From Octopus bimaculoides (taxonomy: Eukaryota), in assembly GCF_001194135.2 (NCBI RefSeq), contig NC_068985.1, forward strand, positions 22,238,632 through 22,302,631: a stretch of DNA of 64,000 nt, written 5' to 3'. The notes beneath the pieces are model-generated. The model was not told where the DNA came from. It did no database searches and saw only the letters and a list, made by a program, of their open reading frames with translations. The position numbers and the translations under genes are program-made. Within the stretch, counting starts at the first letter, position 1. Each line of letters begins with the position of its first letter. This document shows positions 13,460-25,949 of this stretch, one piece after another.

Positions 13460-13893
13460 GCACAGACATGTGGCTGCATGGTAAGAAATTTGCTTCCATA
13501 CCACATGATTTCAGATTCAGTCACACTGTGTGCCATCTTCAGCATGTGTCTTCTACTTTAGCCCCTGGTTGACCAAAACCTTGTGAATGAATTTGGTAGA
13601 CAGAAACTGAAAGAAGCTTGTCATATCGTGCGTGTGTGTGTGTGTGTGTGCGTGTGTACGTGCGTGTGTGCGTGTGTGTGTGTGATTTCTAAGCATCATG
13701 TGGTGGTTATAAATGAACATCATCATTTTTCCCAACCTTCCATGAAAAAGATGTTTAGCTATGGGGAAATATCACACTGCTTGGAAACAGGTGAGTATTG
13801 CTGATAGGAAGGGCATCTAGCCATAGGAAATCTACCTAAATATATTCCGTTTGACCCATGCAAGCATGGAAAAGTGGACAAATGATAATGATG
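13460..13893 (+). mobile_element. SINE family B (family A head plus RTE-type (GAT)n tail)
   Basis: Head gtggctgcatggtaag...ttcagattcagtcac, (TG)n linker, tail gataggaagggcatctagccatagg...catggaaaagtggacaaatgataatgatg. Confidence 0.8.
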
Positions 13894-14249
13894 AACATGA
13901 TTGTAATCATGATTGTATTCAAGAGAAGCTTTAATTATAACTTTTATTTTAAGTTTATTCACTTGTTGCTTACACCCCATTCTGAAGTAACCCATGTCTC
14001 ACCAAAATATAGCCACATCCCACTGATACAGAAGATTCCTAACACTTATATGCTTAATCATTTAAGTTCACCACACAAAAAAGCAACAACATAGTAGGTT
14101 AACTATTCATTTTTATTAAAAAGGCTTTCACAAGGTCTAATAGTATTAAAGATGCTTCTATAACCTACAACCTATTTTTTATGGTTTTGCTTTTTGTTGT
14201 TGGATTTATTTTTTTCCATCTACACCCTTATTTATAGTTGTATGTTATC

Positions 14250-15120
14250 AGTAAATATGTTTACAAAGAGCACTATTCCCAGGATACAAGTCAGTTCTTT
14301 GATAACAAACATCCAGATTAGGTTGGATGCTGATAAGCGGTTTGGTGGCTTATAATTCTCTGTTCAAATCTTGCTAAGGTTAACTCTCATTCTTTTCATG
14401 ACATTAAAGTAAATATCACAGCATCCGCCTTATAAGATAGAATACCAATAGCCCACTCATTCATTTCTTGAGATAAAATATCTTCATCCATAAAACTAGA
14501 GAGAGAGATCAAATCATAGATGAATGATGGAAGATTAACAGAACCATAATTCATTTGTATTTTTCTTTCTTTCTTTTTTTTATTCATATTCTCAAACAAT
14601 CTTATATGCAAGTAAATGCTTTGTTTTAGTTTTCCACTTGATCCTTATTTTTCTTCAAGAATTCAACCAAGGCTAAAAATATTGTTTTGATTGTTTGAAT
14701 AATTTCAATCCTTCAGTTGTTTGCTTTTAAGTTTTTATTGTATTGTTTCTTAATGAATTGTATAAAATACATCAATGATATCATCTCATATTCAACTTCC
14801 ATGCTAGCATGGATTATATTATAAGGTTCAACGGGATCCAATGAGTTGGAGAACTGTGTCAGGTTCCAAATGTTTGCTTTAGTATATCTAAAGCTGGATA
14901 CTCTTCCTAATGCTAACCATTTCACAGAGCATACTGGGTACTTTTTCATGGCACCAGCCCTTATGAGGTTGCCATATAATTCAAAAGATTAAAGATCTTC
15001 TTTGACTGCTCGGGAGTATAATAGAGGAGGTGGTGACTTCATACTAAATATCAAGAGGTTAAAATATAAAAGGAAGAGGAACAGGTTTCTTTCTATGGTT
15101 ACCTCATGTCATATAAAGGT
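14250..15120 (-). mobile_element. Possible highly degenerate Penelope-like reverse transcriptase remnant
   Basis: Frame-shifted minus-strand translation gives LYG.PHK (cf. LYGLPKIHK) and IIHASMEVE (cf. lvSxDVxS). A PLE end with a hammerhead-like core lies nearby at 15746-15911. Weak motif matches only. Confidence 0.35.
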
Positions 15121-15745
15121 GAGTGAGAATAATCAGAGTGGAGCTGAAAAGAAAGGCAAAGACGATGGTAACAAGGTGTCCAAGTGTACCCTTAAAGTAC
15201 AAGAAGGTGAATAGAAGAGAAAATGGAAGCAGAAAATCAAGACGAGAAAAGGCTGCAAAAGTGTGTGGGGAGAATGTTAGAGGTAGGGGTCAATGTGAAT
15301 GTAGTGAATGGTGAACAAGGGCAGACAAGCAGTTGATGGTAAATATAAGTTAGAGGGAAGGTAGAGGAAAGGAGGTGATGACTTACAATACAGAAAGCAT
15401 GAAAAGCATCAGAATGATATAGTAGATAGGAGAAAGATGAGAGAAGAGATGACATGTAGGTAGTGGGTGGGTAAAAGTGAGACATATAGTGATAGGTGGT
15501 CAGAGGTACAAGGAGTGAGTCAATAAGGATGGTTCAAGGGAGAAGGAGCAGTAACTGATACCACAGAGAGGTTGACCAATGGAAAACATGAGTGGGAAGG
15601 GATGCTGTTAAGAATGAAAGCTGGATGTCAAAGGAAGTGGTACCAGAAAACAGGAGATAGTATAGAAAATACGTCTTTTTATACTAAACCCATTGAGGTG
15701 AAGAATTTTGCAATGCAATATATATTTGACAATGAAATAAATACC

Positions 15746-15911
15746 GTTCTATATTTAAGAGATGAAGAATTATGTACATTATTTATTATTTACAATTGAC
15801 GGATATTTGTCCTCATTTTGTTTGTTTCCCCAAGACACCTGATGAAGGGTGGCGGGTTTATCAGCTGAAACGTGTTAACAAACAAGATGAGGACAAATAT
15901 CCATCAATTGT
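15746..15911 (+). mobile_element. Short Penelope-derived insertion with inverted terminal arms and a decayed hammerhead core
   Basis: 40-bp arms 15787-15826 and 15877-15916 are 38/40 inverted-identical. The loop holds gacac-CTGATGA-a-stem-GAAACGT. The direct repeat aaataaatacc flanks it at 15735-15745 and 15912-15922. Confidence 0.65.
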
Positions 15912-16590
15912 AAATAAATACCTGTACAAACCATGTATTTTAATCTAATTTCATACAATGTGTCTGAAATGTTACAAATGAAGTTGATTTTACTTAATTA
16001 CAACATATTAGTAACTACTCGGACACAGAAATATCTTGTATAAGTTTCTTGCAAACTGATATGGTTCTCTGCTATATATCTGCTTTTTTGCAGCAGCCAC
16101 AAACTACCTGATCAGCCTCAATGAAATGATTCCTTGTTTTAAAGATAGTGACGGATCTTTAGTTTGAGGCATACTGAAAGAAAAAAAACTTTAAACCTGC
16201 TTAACAAGTCAGTTTTTATATGAATCTTTCAAAAGCATATCAGAGTAAACAGTGAAACTAGATAGGCTAAGAGCTAAACTCAAAATAAATTCCATAGGAT
16301 AATTATAAAGAAAAGAAAAAAAGAAAACAAGTAAAAATAAATTGGGTTAATTAATGTTTCTTCATATTTGTGGACACTTGTATATTTTTGTTAATTAGGC
16401 AACATTTAGATTGGTAAATAAGTATAGAGCTTATGTTTCTATTTATTTATTTTTTAAATTTTAACAGCATGAACGAACTAACTAACAGGATTAAATTACA
16501 TTATAGGCCTAATGTAGAAAAGCAGCAAAACCTATGAAAATAAAGATGTGTGAGTAAAATCAAAACGAAAATTTAATTCTCATGGTTTAA

Positions 16591-16813
16591 TCCTTTGGCA
16601 TTTAAACTGGCCATATCTGGCCCAAATATTCTATCTGTTTTATGTTCAAAGTGGCCAGGTCTAGCCTCTTATGCCTACCCTTCAAAGTCATTTGAAAATC
16701 ACAAAATAAACAATTACACAATTGAGATCTTAAAACGACAAAATAAGCTATGATTAATTCAAAACAATGTAAATAAGCATTACATTTGAGAGAGCAATCT
16801 TAATGCTAAAGGG
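16591..16813. mobile_element. piggyBac-like MITE family D
   Basis: TTAA-tcctttggcatt...aatgctaaaggg-TTAA. Sister copies at 55534-55745 and 59797-60032. Confidence 0.8.
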
Positions 16814-17568
16814 TTAAAACACTGTTTCAAAAGCCGAAATAATATCAACATAAATTTGTAGTATGTCTGTGTGTCCCACCAGAAACCAACTGTAAAGGCT
16901 TACAATTAATGTGCAACTATAGTGGTAAAAGAGGGGAGGGAGTAAGAGAAAAACAAGAAAAAAGTTGACAGAAAGAGAAAGTGTGAAAACTAACTTTTCC
17001 ATGAAAGAAAGTTGGGAGTGTAGTAATGAGAATTGATGAGAGAGAAAGACAGTGCAGGTTAACAGATTATATTGCACATACATACACATAAATACGAAAG
17101 TATATAATCTGTCAAGAGATTACATGCCATACAAAAGCACAAGTGCACTTATGTTAACAGAAACCTTTCACCCACGCATACATATACAGATCTATAAATA
17201 TTTTGTCAACAGATTACCTACAACAAGCACAAGCTGATACACATATATTTTATATAAAATGAACTGTGTCATCTCTTAATGAATTGTTAGATCACTAATA
17301 AAGGCTTAGTATTTTGCTTAATCCTACATACTTATCACTTTCCTTCTGCTTATTACCCATTAATAAAGAGGCCTACTGTCACTCTCACCTAGATCTCCAC
17401 CATCACCTCAAAGTGGGCATGGCCAGGTGACAGAAAAAGAGGGGAAAAAGTATGAAAAGGCAAGAGAAAAAGTTAGCATGGGAGAATAAAGAAAATGAAA
17501 AGCAGGGAGTGAAATGAGGGTGAAACAAATGCAAGAGGAGATATGACAGTAACATATTGTCAATTCAT

Positions 17569-17574
<6 letters not shown>

Positions 17575-17646
<72 letters not shown>
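17575..17646. repeat. (TG)36 microsatellite
   Basis: Direct reading. Confidence 0.97.
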
Positions 17647-17651
<5 letters not shown>

Positions 17652-17654
<3 letters not shown>

Positions 17655-17795
17655 GTGAGAATTTACAAAAAGACAAAAAACAAAGACAGGTGTGTAAACA
17701 ACAAACAGATGTATTGGTTTAACGCTCAGAAAGTGAGAAAGTCTTTTATGTTTCAGGCCTATGCTCTTCAACAGAAAGGAACACGGGAACAAACA
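17652..17795 (-). mobile_element. PLE-derived hammerhead-bearing short repeat, CpG-decayed copy
   Basis: Minus strand cctttCTGTTGAaGAGCataggcctGAAACATaaaaga, homologous to 42400-42563. Confidence 0.75.
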
Positions 17796-19654
17796 TATGT
17801 AGGTCAATATTAGGCTGTATTCAAATCAAAATGTAAATGAAAATTAATGAAATGCTACTTCATCATACTCATTATTATTATTGAGTGTAGGTGAGAGAGA
17901 TAGAGAGAGCTGCTTTCCATCAGCACAATCTACAATAGGACATCCTGATGCATATATCACATTATCATTTAACGTCCGTTGCCCATGCTGGCATGGGTTG
18001 GAATATATATAAACAGGACACAGTCGTGTGTCGATAAGCCAGCTGGAGGAGATGTCCTCCTGGGGCTAAAAGCAACAGTAACATCCACCCCTAGGGGTCA
18101 GCCACACTTAAGTGGCAATATACTACACTTTATATATATATTATAATATATATATATATATTATATATAATATATAATATAAAAATGGATGGTACAATGA
18201 AATGAAGTATTGAATGTCTTATTGAATATATGGAATATGTCTTATTGAATATATGAAATATTGAGTGTTCAATATAAAGGATTAAATATATAAAGGTGAA
18301 TACGTATTTTCAATACCTTGTGGTATTCATCATGGCCGGTATCTGACAGACTGTAACAGCTGGGTGGAGGTGCTTGTCACCCCCTTGTAAACAAAAGGAC
18401 ACAGGAAATATGTCAAGGCCGACAGGAAGCGGTGCAGCTTCCTAGATCTAACCAACAGTAGTATTATTCCCTTCAGGGGACTGTCACATTAAGTTGACAT
18501 CATACAAATACTTCATCGTATCACTACTGCATAAATCTCTCTGAGAGATTTAGAAATGTATTATTTCTAAATTAGAATTTATGTTCACATTTAATTTCTC
18601 TTGCCAATAGAATGCGTATTAGTTTACAAAGTCAAATCAAATATAGAAAACAGGTTATTTAAATTGAAAGTAAAATGCAATTTTTTTAAAAGTAATACTT
18701 TGTTATTTATCAGCTTGTAAAAACTGTACATCATTTCTCCAGTTAAACAGTTGGGATATATATCGTTTAACAAATAGGCCATATCCAGCTCATGAACATT
18801 TAAGCTGAACCTGTTGTTGTTTAACTTCATATCAGCTCTGATCAAACAATTCTATAATCAAAAGTATTCTAGTAGTAATCATCAAATGTATTTTCTACAC
18901 CAAAGAATCATTGTTTATCTAAGAAAGTAGAAAGTAAGTGAGGAAGATTTGACTGCTATATCTAGTAGATTGGGTGACCACATAAAATCTCTCTCATGTT
19001 GTGGGTTGTTTTCTGATGCAATGGTTAACCTGTTTATTATGTTAATTTCTTAATAATGTAGTTCAATAATAGATATGTAATGTAATATGTTACGTTCATA
19101 ATCTTAAAAATCACTTCAGTATTTTGAATAATAAAATACAAATATATTGTTATATTTTATAATCCTGTCAAATTTAGAACGACACTATCAATGAGGGATA
19201 TAATCAATAACAAAAGGCCAGAAATGTCATAAGTAATAAAACAAATGTAATTCATTGTTTAAGAATACACTTTTTTTCTTAATGGTTAAGAGAATGAAAG
19301 ACTTTTCAGAGCATTCAAAACTAGTTGGATCAAAGGAAGTTATTCTCATATCAAAGACCAGGCCTGAATATATATAGTGAACTCCACTCAACATAGTGAA
19401 CTCCACTCCAAGGCAATCAAGACTCAGTTGCTGGTTTGAGTTTATAACTCAAGAGGAGCTTCTACACAGTTCCTGCCTACTAAATTTCACTTGCAAGGCT
19501 TTAATACAAAGCTATGGTAAAAAGTTGCCTGGCCAAGGTGCCATATAATGAATCAAACCTGAAACCATGTAGATGCTGGTCAATCTTCTTAACCACACAG
19601 CTATGCCAGTCTTCTTTATGTCATTTTATAAATAAGAAAATTATTGTAATTTAA

Positions 19655-20260
19655 CTCTTTTGATACCAACCTGCCTGAAAACACCCTTGGTTCTACGATA
19701 CAAGTGCCATGTTTTAAAATGATCTAAATTAAACCTTACCTCAACATTTTATGTTAATTTATGTACCAAACACCAGACTAATATGTATTGGCACTCCGTC
19801 GCTTATGGCGTTGAGGGTTCCAGTTTCACGGAACAGCCTGCTCATGAAATTAATGTGCAAGTGGCTGAGCACTCCACAGACACGTGTACCCTTAACGTAG
19901 TTCTCGGGGATATTCAGTGTGACACAGTGTGACAAGGCTGACCCTTTGAATTACAGGCACAACAGAAACAGGAAGTAAGAGTGAGAGAAAGTTGTGGAGA
20001 AAGAGTACAGCAGGGTTCACCACCACACCCTGCCGGAGCCTCATGAAGCTTTAGGTGTCTTTGCTCAATAAACACTCACAACGCCCGGTCTGGGAATTGA
20101 AACCGCGATCCTATGACCGCGAGTCCGCTGCCCTAACCACTGGGCCACTGTGCCTCCACCAGAATAATAATGACACAGTCATTTTACAAACTTCTTTATT
20201 GTTTACAAAATTAATTGAAAGAGAGGCTTGTATTTCAACAGAAATATTGTCACAAAAGGG
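19655..20260. mobile_element. piggyBac-like MITE interrupted by SINE family E
   Basis: TTAA at 19651-19654 and 20261-20264. The two halves align to the reverse complement of the uninterrupted copy at 62726-62928. Confidence 0.75.
19783..20156 (-). mobile_element. tRNA-headed SINE family E, relatively young
   Basis: Minus-strand head gaggcacagTGGCCCAGTGGttagggcagcggactcgcggtcataggatcgcGGTTTCAATTCC has A and B boxes, with CpGs retained. 12-bp TSD caccaga(c/a)taat at 19771-19782 and 20157-20168. Confidence 0.88.
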
Positions 20261-22658
20261 TTAATAATGCATAACTAGCAGCTTGTAAGGGGTACTGGTC
20301 AAAAATCCAGGATACTGTACTGGATTATTAGACAGAAATGAGTAAACATGAAATTAATTTAATATAAAACAAAACACCCAAAATATATCCAAGAATCAAA
20401 ATTTATAGCTGTAAGTCTCCTCAGTAGTATTTAATAACATTAAAATGCTTGTTGTCATATTATCAACAATAATCTAGAAATAGCACCATCCCTTATTATA
20501 ACTTTACTAATACTAACATTTTTAACAATAACACTTGAATGAGACTATAATAATCAACAAGTAAAGCTATAGTTTCTAAATGAATAAAAATTATATTGTC
20601 CGTAGAATTGCTTCACATGCATTACCCACAAAGTCACCACATGTGTAATCAATTACTACACATATCAAGATAAAATTATCAACATTTAGCAGTAAGCTTT
20701 GTGATAAAATCTAGTTCAAACATCACAACTAGACAGATACTTTTAGCTTACTCTGAGGAATTCTACTAATGTGGAAAAGCTGAAACATACAACCAGCCAG
20801 CTTTTTGTCACTTTCTACTGTTAAGAAGTATGTACAAATGAATAGTTGACACTATTCCAGCAAATTTTCGTAAGAAGCAGTATGGTAACTTGCATAAGGC
20901 TTTGGTGTAGTAATATAAGAATGGTCATAGTAAAGAAACAGCAGCTACTGCAAACTAGTCACAGAAAAGCAAACAAATTCATTTTAAGCCATATATATAA
21001 CAGTATATATACCATACATACACTTACATATGTGTGTGTAAAGACTACAATGCCACAAGGTATTTATGATATGGAAAATTTTATATTTTTACTGATGTGC
21101 TAGTAAAACATCAATATTCTAAGTTTAAAATATATATATCAAATTAATAGCATAAGTTGTAGATACTTTTTAAAGTATAAAGATTTATAAATTATGACAT
21201 GAAAACATATTTTACAGGATTAAGTAAATGAAATAATGTTTGGACAATACATCTTAGATTACAAAGTATTAACTGGGAAAGTAATACACTAAACACAAGA
21301 ATTCCTTCCATATTAGATACAACTTTGAATTTAAAAAAAAAAAAGACTTTAAGAATCTAAAATATCTTAAAAGAATGAAGAATAACCTGTGGAATAATAG
21401 TCAAATCTATTGTATTATAATTAAATATTGAAGAAAGTGCTAAATGATTAAAAGGGAAAACTGAGAAGGTACAAGTGATGCTAGATTCTACTATAGTGGA
21501 AGCTGCTTAGTATAATCCTGGATAATACTGTCAAACAGTTAATATTATCCAAATTCGTGGGCCTCAAATATGCTCAGAAATTTGTTAGACCTTCTACTTA
21601 ATCTTATTAGCCAGTTATTGTTATCTACAAGGCTTAATCCTAAAGTGATAAAAAAAAAAGTGGCTTCCATAGTATTTGGCTAAAATTAAAAATATAAAAT
21701 AAGATATATGCATAACAAAAGAATGTTAGGAAAATAAACACAGTAGTTCTTTTGGCCAAGATAAAGAATTACAAGGCACAACAGCTATCTAAAATATAAC
21801 CAAAATATTCGTAGATAAATAACTGAGTGGAAAACCTAAAATTAAGTGCTTTCACCAATATTTTCATGGCTTTATTCACTAACAAAGTTAGTAGATACAG
21901 GTGACATGGCTTTCACTGAATTAATGGGAAAAGAGAAAATTAGAAATACAAAAACAAATTTGAAACTAAAAATAAAATATTTGTCAATCAGAATTATTCA
22001 ATAAAACAAAAACTCAATAGAAAGTTTGTACAGATATACATGCAGAACACTTCTGTCTTTAGAAATGGCAATAAGACAATAGTGACAAGTAAAAAGAAGA
22101 GCTATAGATATACAAACACATAAAATGTTTAAGATTAACATGAATTATAACAATGCAATAAGTTAAAGAAAATTTATTCTCTGTGGTTGGGTGCAAAGTC
22201 TTTTTATAACAGGAGGATATATAAACTATGGTATGCACCTTGCTACTTTACTGATTGGTAAAGTTGTTCCAAGATTTAAACATAGAAACATAAAAAGAAA
22301 TTGTATATCACAAATCAATTAAGCCCGGTACTTCACTATTTATGCCAAATTCTTCACCCTAAGGAATTCATGAAAATTGATATTAGTAAAATGGTACTAC
22401 TATTTCTTTCTAATGTGTATACTCACTCTCCCACTTCCCTTTTAAAATATGTACATATAAATAATTAAAATATCAGGTTTATATAACCTAATATCACTAA
22501 ACAGCATGTACAGGCATTGTTTTGTAATTTTGTCTTATTTTTCAGAGTGGCAAAATATACTCCTAAAAACAATTACAAAAGTATGAGACAAAGTGGGAAG
22601 AGGTGACAATATTAATGGCACCATAGGAAACTGATATTTATATATATATATATTATAG

Positions 22659-22763
22659 GGAGATTTCACAAAAAAACAACAGATGAAGACAGGTGGCGTT
22701 GAAAACAAATAGATGTATTTGTATAACGCTTGGGAATTGAGAAAGTCTTTAACGTTTCGAGCT
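22659..22763 (-). mobile_element. PLE-derived hammerhead-bearing repeat, truncated inside stem II
   Basis: Minus strand agctcGAAACGTTaaagactttctc..., homologous to 42453 onward. Confidence 0.75.
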
Positions 22764-22784
22764 TATATACATACATACACATAC

Positions 22785-23128
22785 ACACATAGTTATGTGG
22801 TTAAGAAGTTTGCCTTGCAACTACATGGTTTCAGGTTTAATCCTATTCAAAGGTATCTTGAGCAAGTGTTTTCTATCAAAACCTTGAACCAACCGATGGT
22901 TTTGTAAGTGAAAATTTGCTGGCTGGAAGCATGGTAACCTCACTAGTGCTGGTGGTATGGGAAAAAAAAAGCACCAGGTGCACACTGTGATGTGGCTGGC
23001 ATTAGAAACGGTATCCAGCCAGAGAAACCATACCAAAGCAGAGACAGGAGCACAATGCAGTTCTCGGGCCCATAGAATCCCGTCAAACCACCCAAATCAT
23101 GCCAGCATGGATATTAAATGATGATGAC
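22785..23128 (+). mobile_element. SINE family B-type or SINE/RTE-tail chimera, degenerate
   Basis: Family A head, then gcattagaaacggtatccagcc...gccagcatggatattaaatgatgatgac tail. Confidence 0.65.
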
Positions 23129-24841
23129 ATGAAAATGTGTGTGTGTGTATGTGTGTGTTTTCTCATGGGCAGCTGTGTCCCACATACACAATATGCATGC
23201 AGTTTCAGTGGTTTAATGTCACAAAGACCAGCTGGGATACTTCAAAAAACTTGAGAGAGACAGATGTAAAAATGACAACAATGATGATGGTGATGATTTA
23301 AGATATTGATTCGTAACTTTGGCATAAGGTGACAAATATGTACAAATAAGGTATGAGCAAGTAAATAAACTTCAATATATTAATGATACTCATATCATTG
23401 AACTCAGAAGGATAGAAAGTGAAAATAACTCTGAGATTTGAGCTCAAAATTAAACTAAATACTGCTAATTAAATCAATGTTAACATAATTAATGTAGGAA
23501 ACATTAAAAAGTGTTAATTAGAAACAATTATGAATTGAGGAAAAAGTAATTAGTCAAAGATTAATATCAATAATTTTTTAAGAGTATGGAAGATAACTCT
23601 CAACATGTTTCTATATCATTCTGACCTCATTGGCAAAGCATACTGCAAGCATTTTTTTAGACCTGTACCCTACCATATCTAATCCCTACCACATCCTACC
23701 TTTGTATAATTAAAATATTAACAGTGATAAATAAATGAGGAAATTTTTTAGTGACTAATTATTGCATCTATGCAGTAAAACGAACAATATTTTATAAAAA
23801 TTCTCCAAGTTTAATATGTATAAAACAATGCAATGAAAGATTTCTGATTTAGAAAGAATTTACCAAACTTGCTGACTTACAATACAAATTCAGGATATCT
23901 TAATTAATATATACACAGATGTAATTAATAACTAATTAAAATATTTACAAAGAAAAATATTTTTTTTTAAATCTGTTAGAAAACCATTTTTTTAATTATT
24001 ATTCTCACAGTAAGATTAGTTTTAAACAAGCAAAGTTCTTGATTTAAAAATTATTTTTAATCAAGGCAGATTTAAATTATGAACATAATGTCTCAATCTG
24101 AAACACTTTGAAAAATATTTGCTGTGAAATTGTTCATTAATTTAGCAATTAAACTGATAGTTTTCTAAAGACATAGCTAGGTTTGTTTATTCATTCATAC
24201 ATACATAACATATGTGCATATATGCATACATATGTACACTCACGTTTCGTATGTATGTATGTATATACACATATATACATATTGAAATTTACAATCTTGC
24301 TCTTTAATAGATTCCAACAGCAGATATTTAAAGCATTCCAAGCATTTTCCTAAGAAATAGAAATTTAAAGCTTTTTCCTTTGATGTTGTTTTATCCAAAT
24401 TCCCTTTTTGTAGTTATCTACATAACCACCATTATGGTTTTAACAATCAAAATTTAAGCAAGTAGATATGGCTGTCTGGTTAGGAAATTTGCTTCATAAA
24501 CCACATGGTTCAACTTCAATCCCACTGCACATTTCAGCCAAGTGCTTTCTATCAGTGCCTTGAATTGATCAATGTCTTACATTATTTTTTTAAACATTTA
24601 GCTGAAGAAGGTGAGTAGGCATCATCTATGACTTTTGCAGGTTCTTTCAGACTCACAGTATTAATGTGGTTAATGTTCTGTTTGAACTTCTAACAAAGCA
24701 GTGTATATAAGACAGATTTTGGTTCCATATGAGGTGTTTAGTATAGGAGCTCATAAATGAGACTTAGAGAAGAAGCTTAATGTTGGGAATGCAAGCAATC
24801 ATTAGAGAAATGTGAGGTAACATTTGTTATGATTTTAAGTG

Positions 24842-25515
24842 GGATCTATTTTAAAACGGGGGCGCCAGTATTTTCTTAACGAAACACTAACGAAACACTT
24901 TGAAACTTGGGACACTGGTAGAATGTGTCATATAAAACATCTTTTACTCTTAGTCTTCTTAACAAAAAAAAGGAATTTGCAAGTTATTCCATGTTAAAGT
25001 TGTCGTATTTCTGTAATTTCAACCAATCACTGACGTCTATTCAGCTCAAATAGAGTTACTGCTGGGCGGTCATAAAAATGTTATTCCCTGTGACATATTT
25101 CATCCGGTTTAATCGTAATTTATACGCATATATTGTTTATATAATAAATTACGCTGCGCGTATCTATGTGTGTAACAATTTTAGAGTTCGGATTCTCGAG
25201 TTAGGGTTAGTTTTAGGGTTAGAGTTAGGGTTACGGTTACGGTTAACAGTCTAGTTAGGGTTAGTGTTAGGGTTAGGGGATTAATACGATATACACCGTT
25301 ACAGCGCTAACTGTTTTCAACTGAATAGACGTCAGTGATTAGTAGAAATTATCGAAATAAGACAATTTTTTACATGAAATAAATTCGAATACAAAAATAT
25401 TTTTCTGTTCTATAACACAAAATAGATAAGTATACGAAGTTTGAAAGTCTTTCCGTACCAAAAACACTACATAAAACATTAAAGAAAACTGGTGCCCCCA
25501 TTTTAAAATAGATCC
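24842..25515. mobile_element. Non-autonomous DNA transposon with GG ends, 8-bp TSD and internal TTAGGG repeats (Merlin- or MULE-like)
   Basis: TIRs ggatctattttaaaacgggggcgccagt / actggtgcccccattttaaaatagatcc (26/28). Exact TSD tttaagtg at 24834-24841 and 25516-25523. Second inverted block at about 24980-25050 and 25310-25367. TTAGGG array at 25201-25278. Confidence 0.85.
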
Positions 25516-25949
25516 TTTAAGTGTTTTAAATGTGTTGTTCAAACCTTAGGATGGTGTGTGTGTGTGTGTGGTAATTACATCTTCATGCTGTTGAAGGAGA
25601 CTGACCTCATTGGTGTTTTTGGGGTCTTTGTTTAGAAAGAAGTGCAAAGTCTGGTATGTGGAAATTGTGCAGAAGCCCTCTATATTATATATATAAATAT
25701 ATATATTGTATGTATAAATCTTTTGGCAAAAGGATGTAAATACAGCAAAAAAGTATCCTGTCTATATTCGTTCTGCACCCAATTCATAGAATCATCAGAA
25801 TGGTTAGTGAATCAATGATTGGCCAGTTGAGAACCTCTTAGCAACAGTATTTTTGGTCATAAATTGCAATATAAAATATAAGTAAAATAAACAGTAAATG
25901 AATATTATATTTCTCAATCTTCATATTCAATTTATTTATGGCAGACTCA

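Noticed and set aside
18624-18845. 73-aa minus ORF MIRADMKLNNNRF...
   Set aside because: It appears to begin inside a degraded interspersed repeat ending in aaacaacaac and has no credible splice structure or homology.
20080-20156. tRNA gene
   Set aside because: A and B boxes are present but the sequence continues into a SINE body with a TSD, and no complete cloverleaf is evident. The same applies to the other SINE heads.
20750-20945. Idea that exon-like frames broken by a single TAG (also at 31220-31440) are rescued by A-to-I editing of UAG to UGG
   Set aside because: There is no evidence that these are exons, and single stops in 60-codon frames are common by chance. It would need RNA reads showing splicing and editing.
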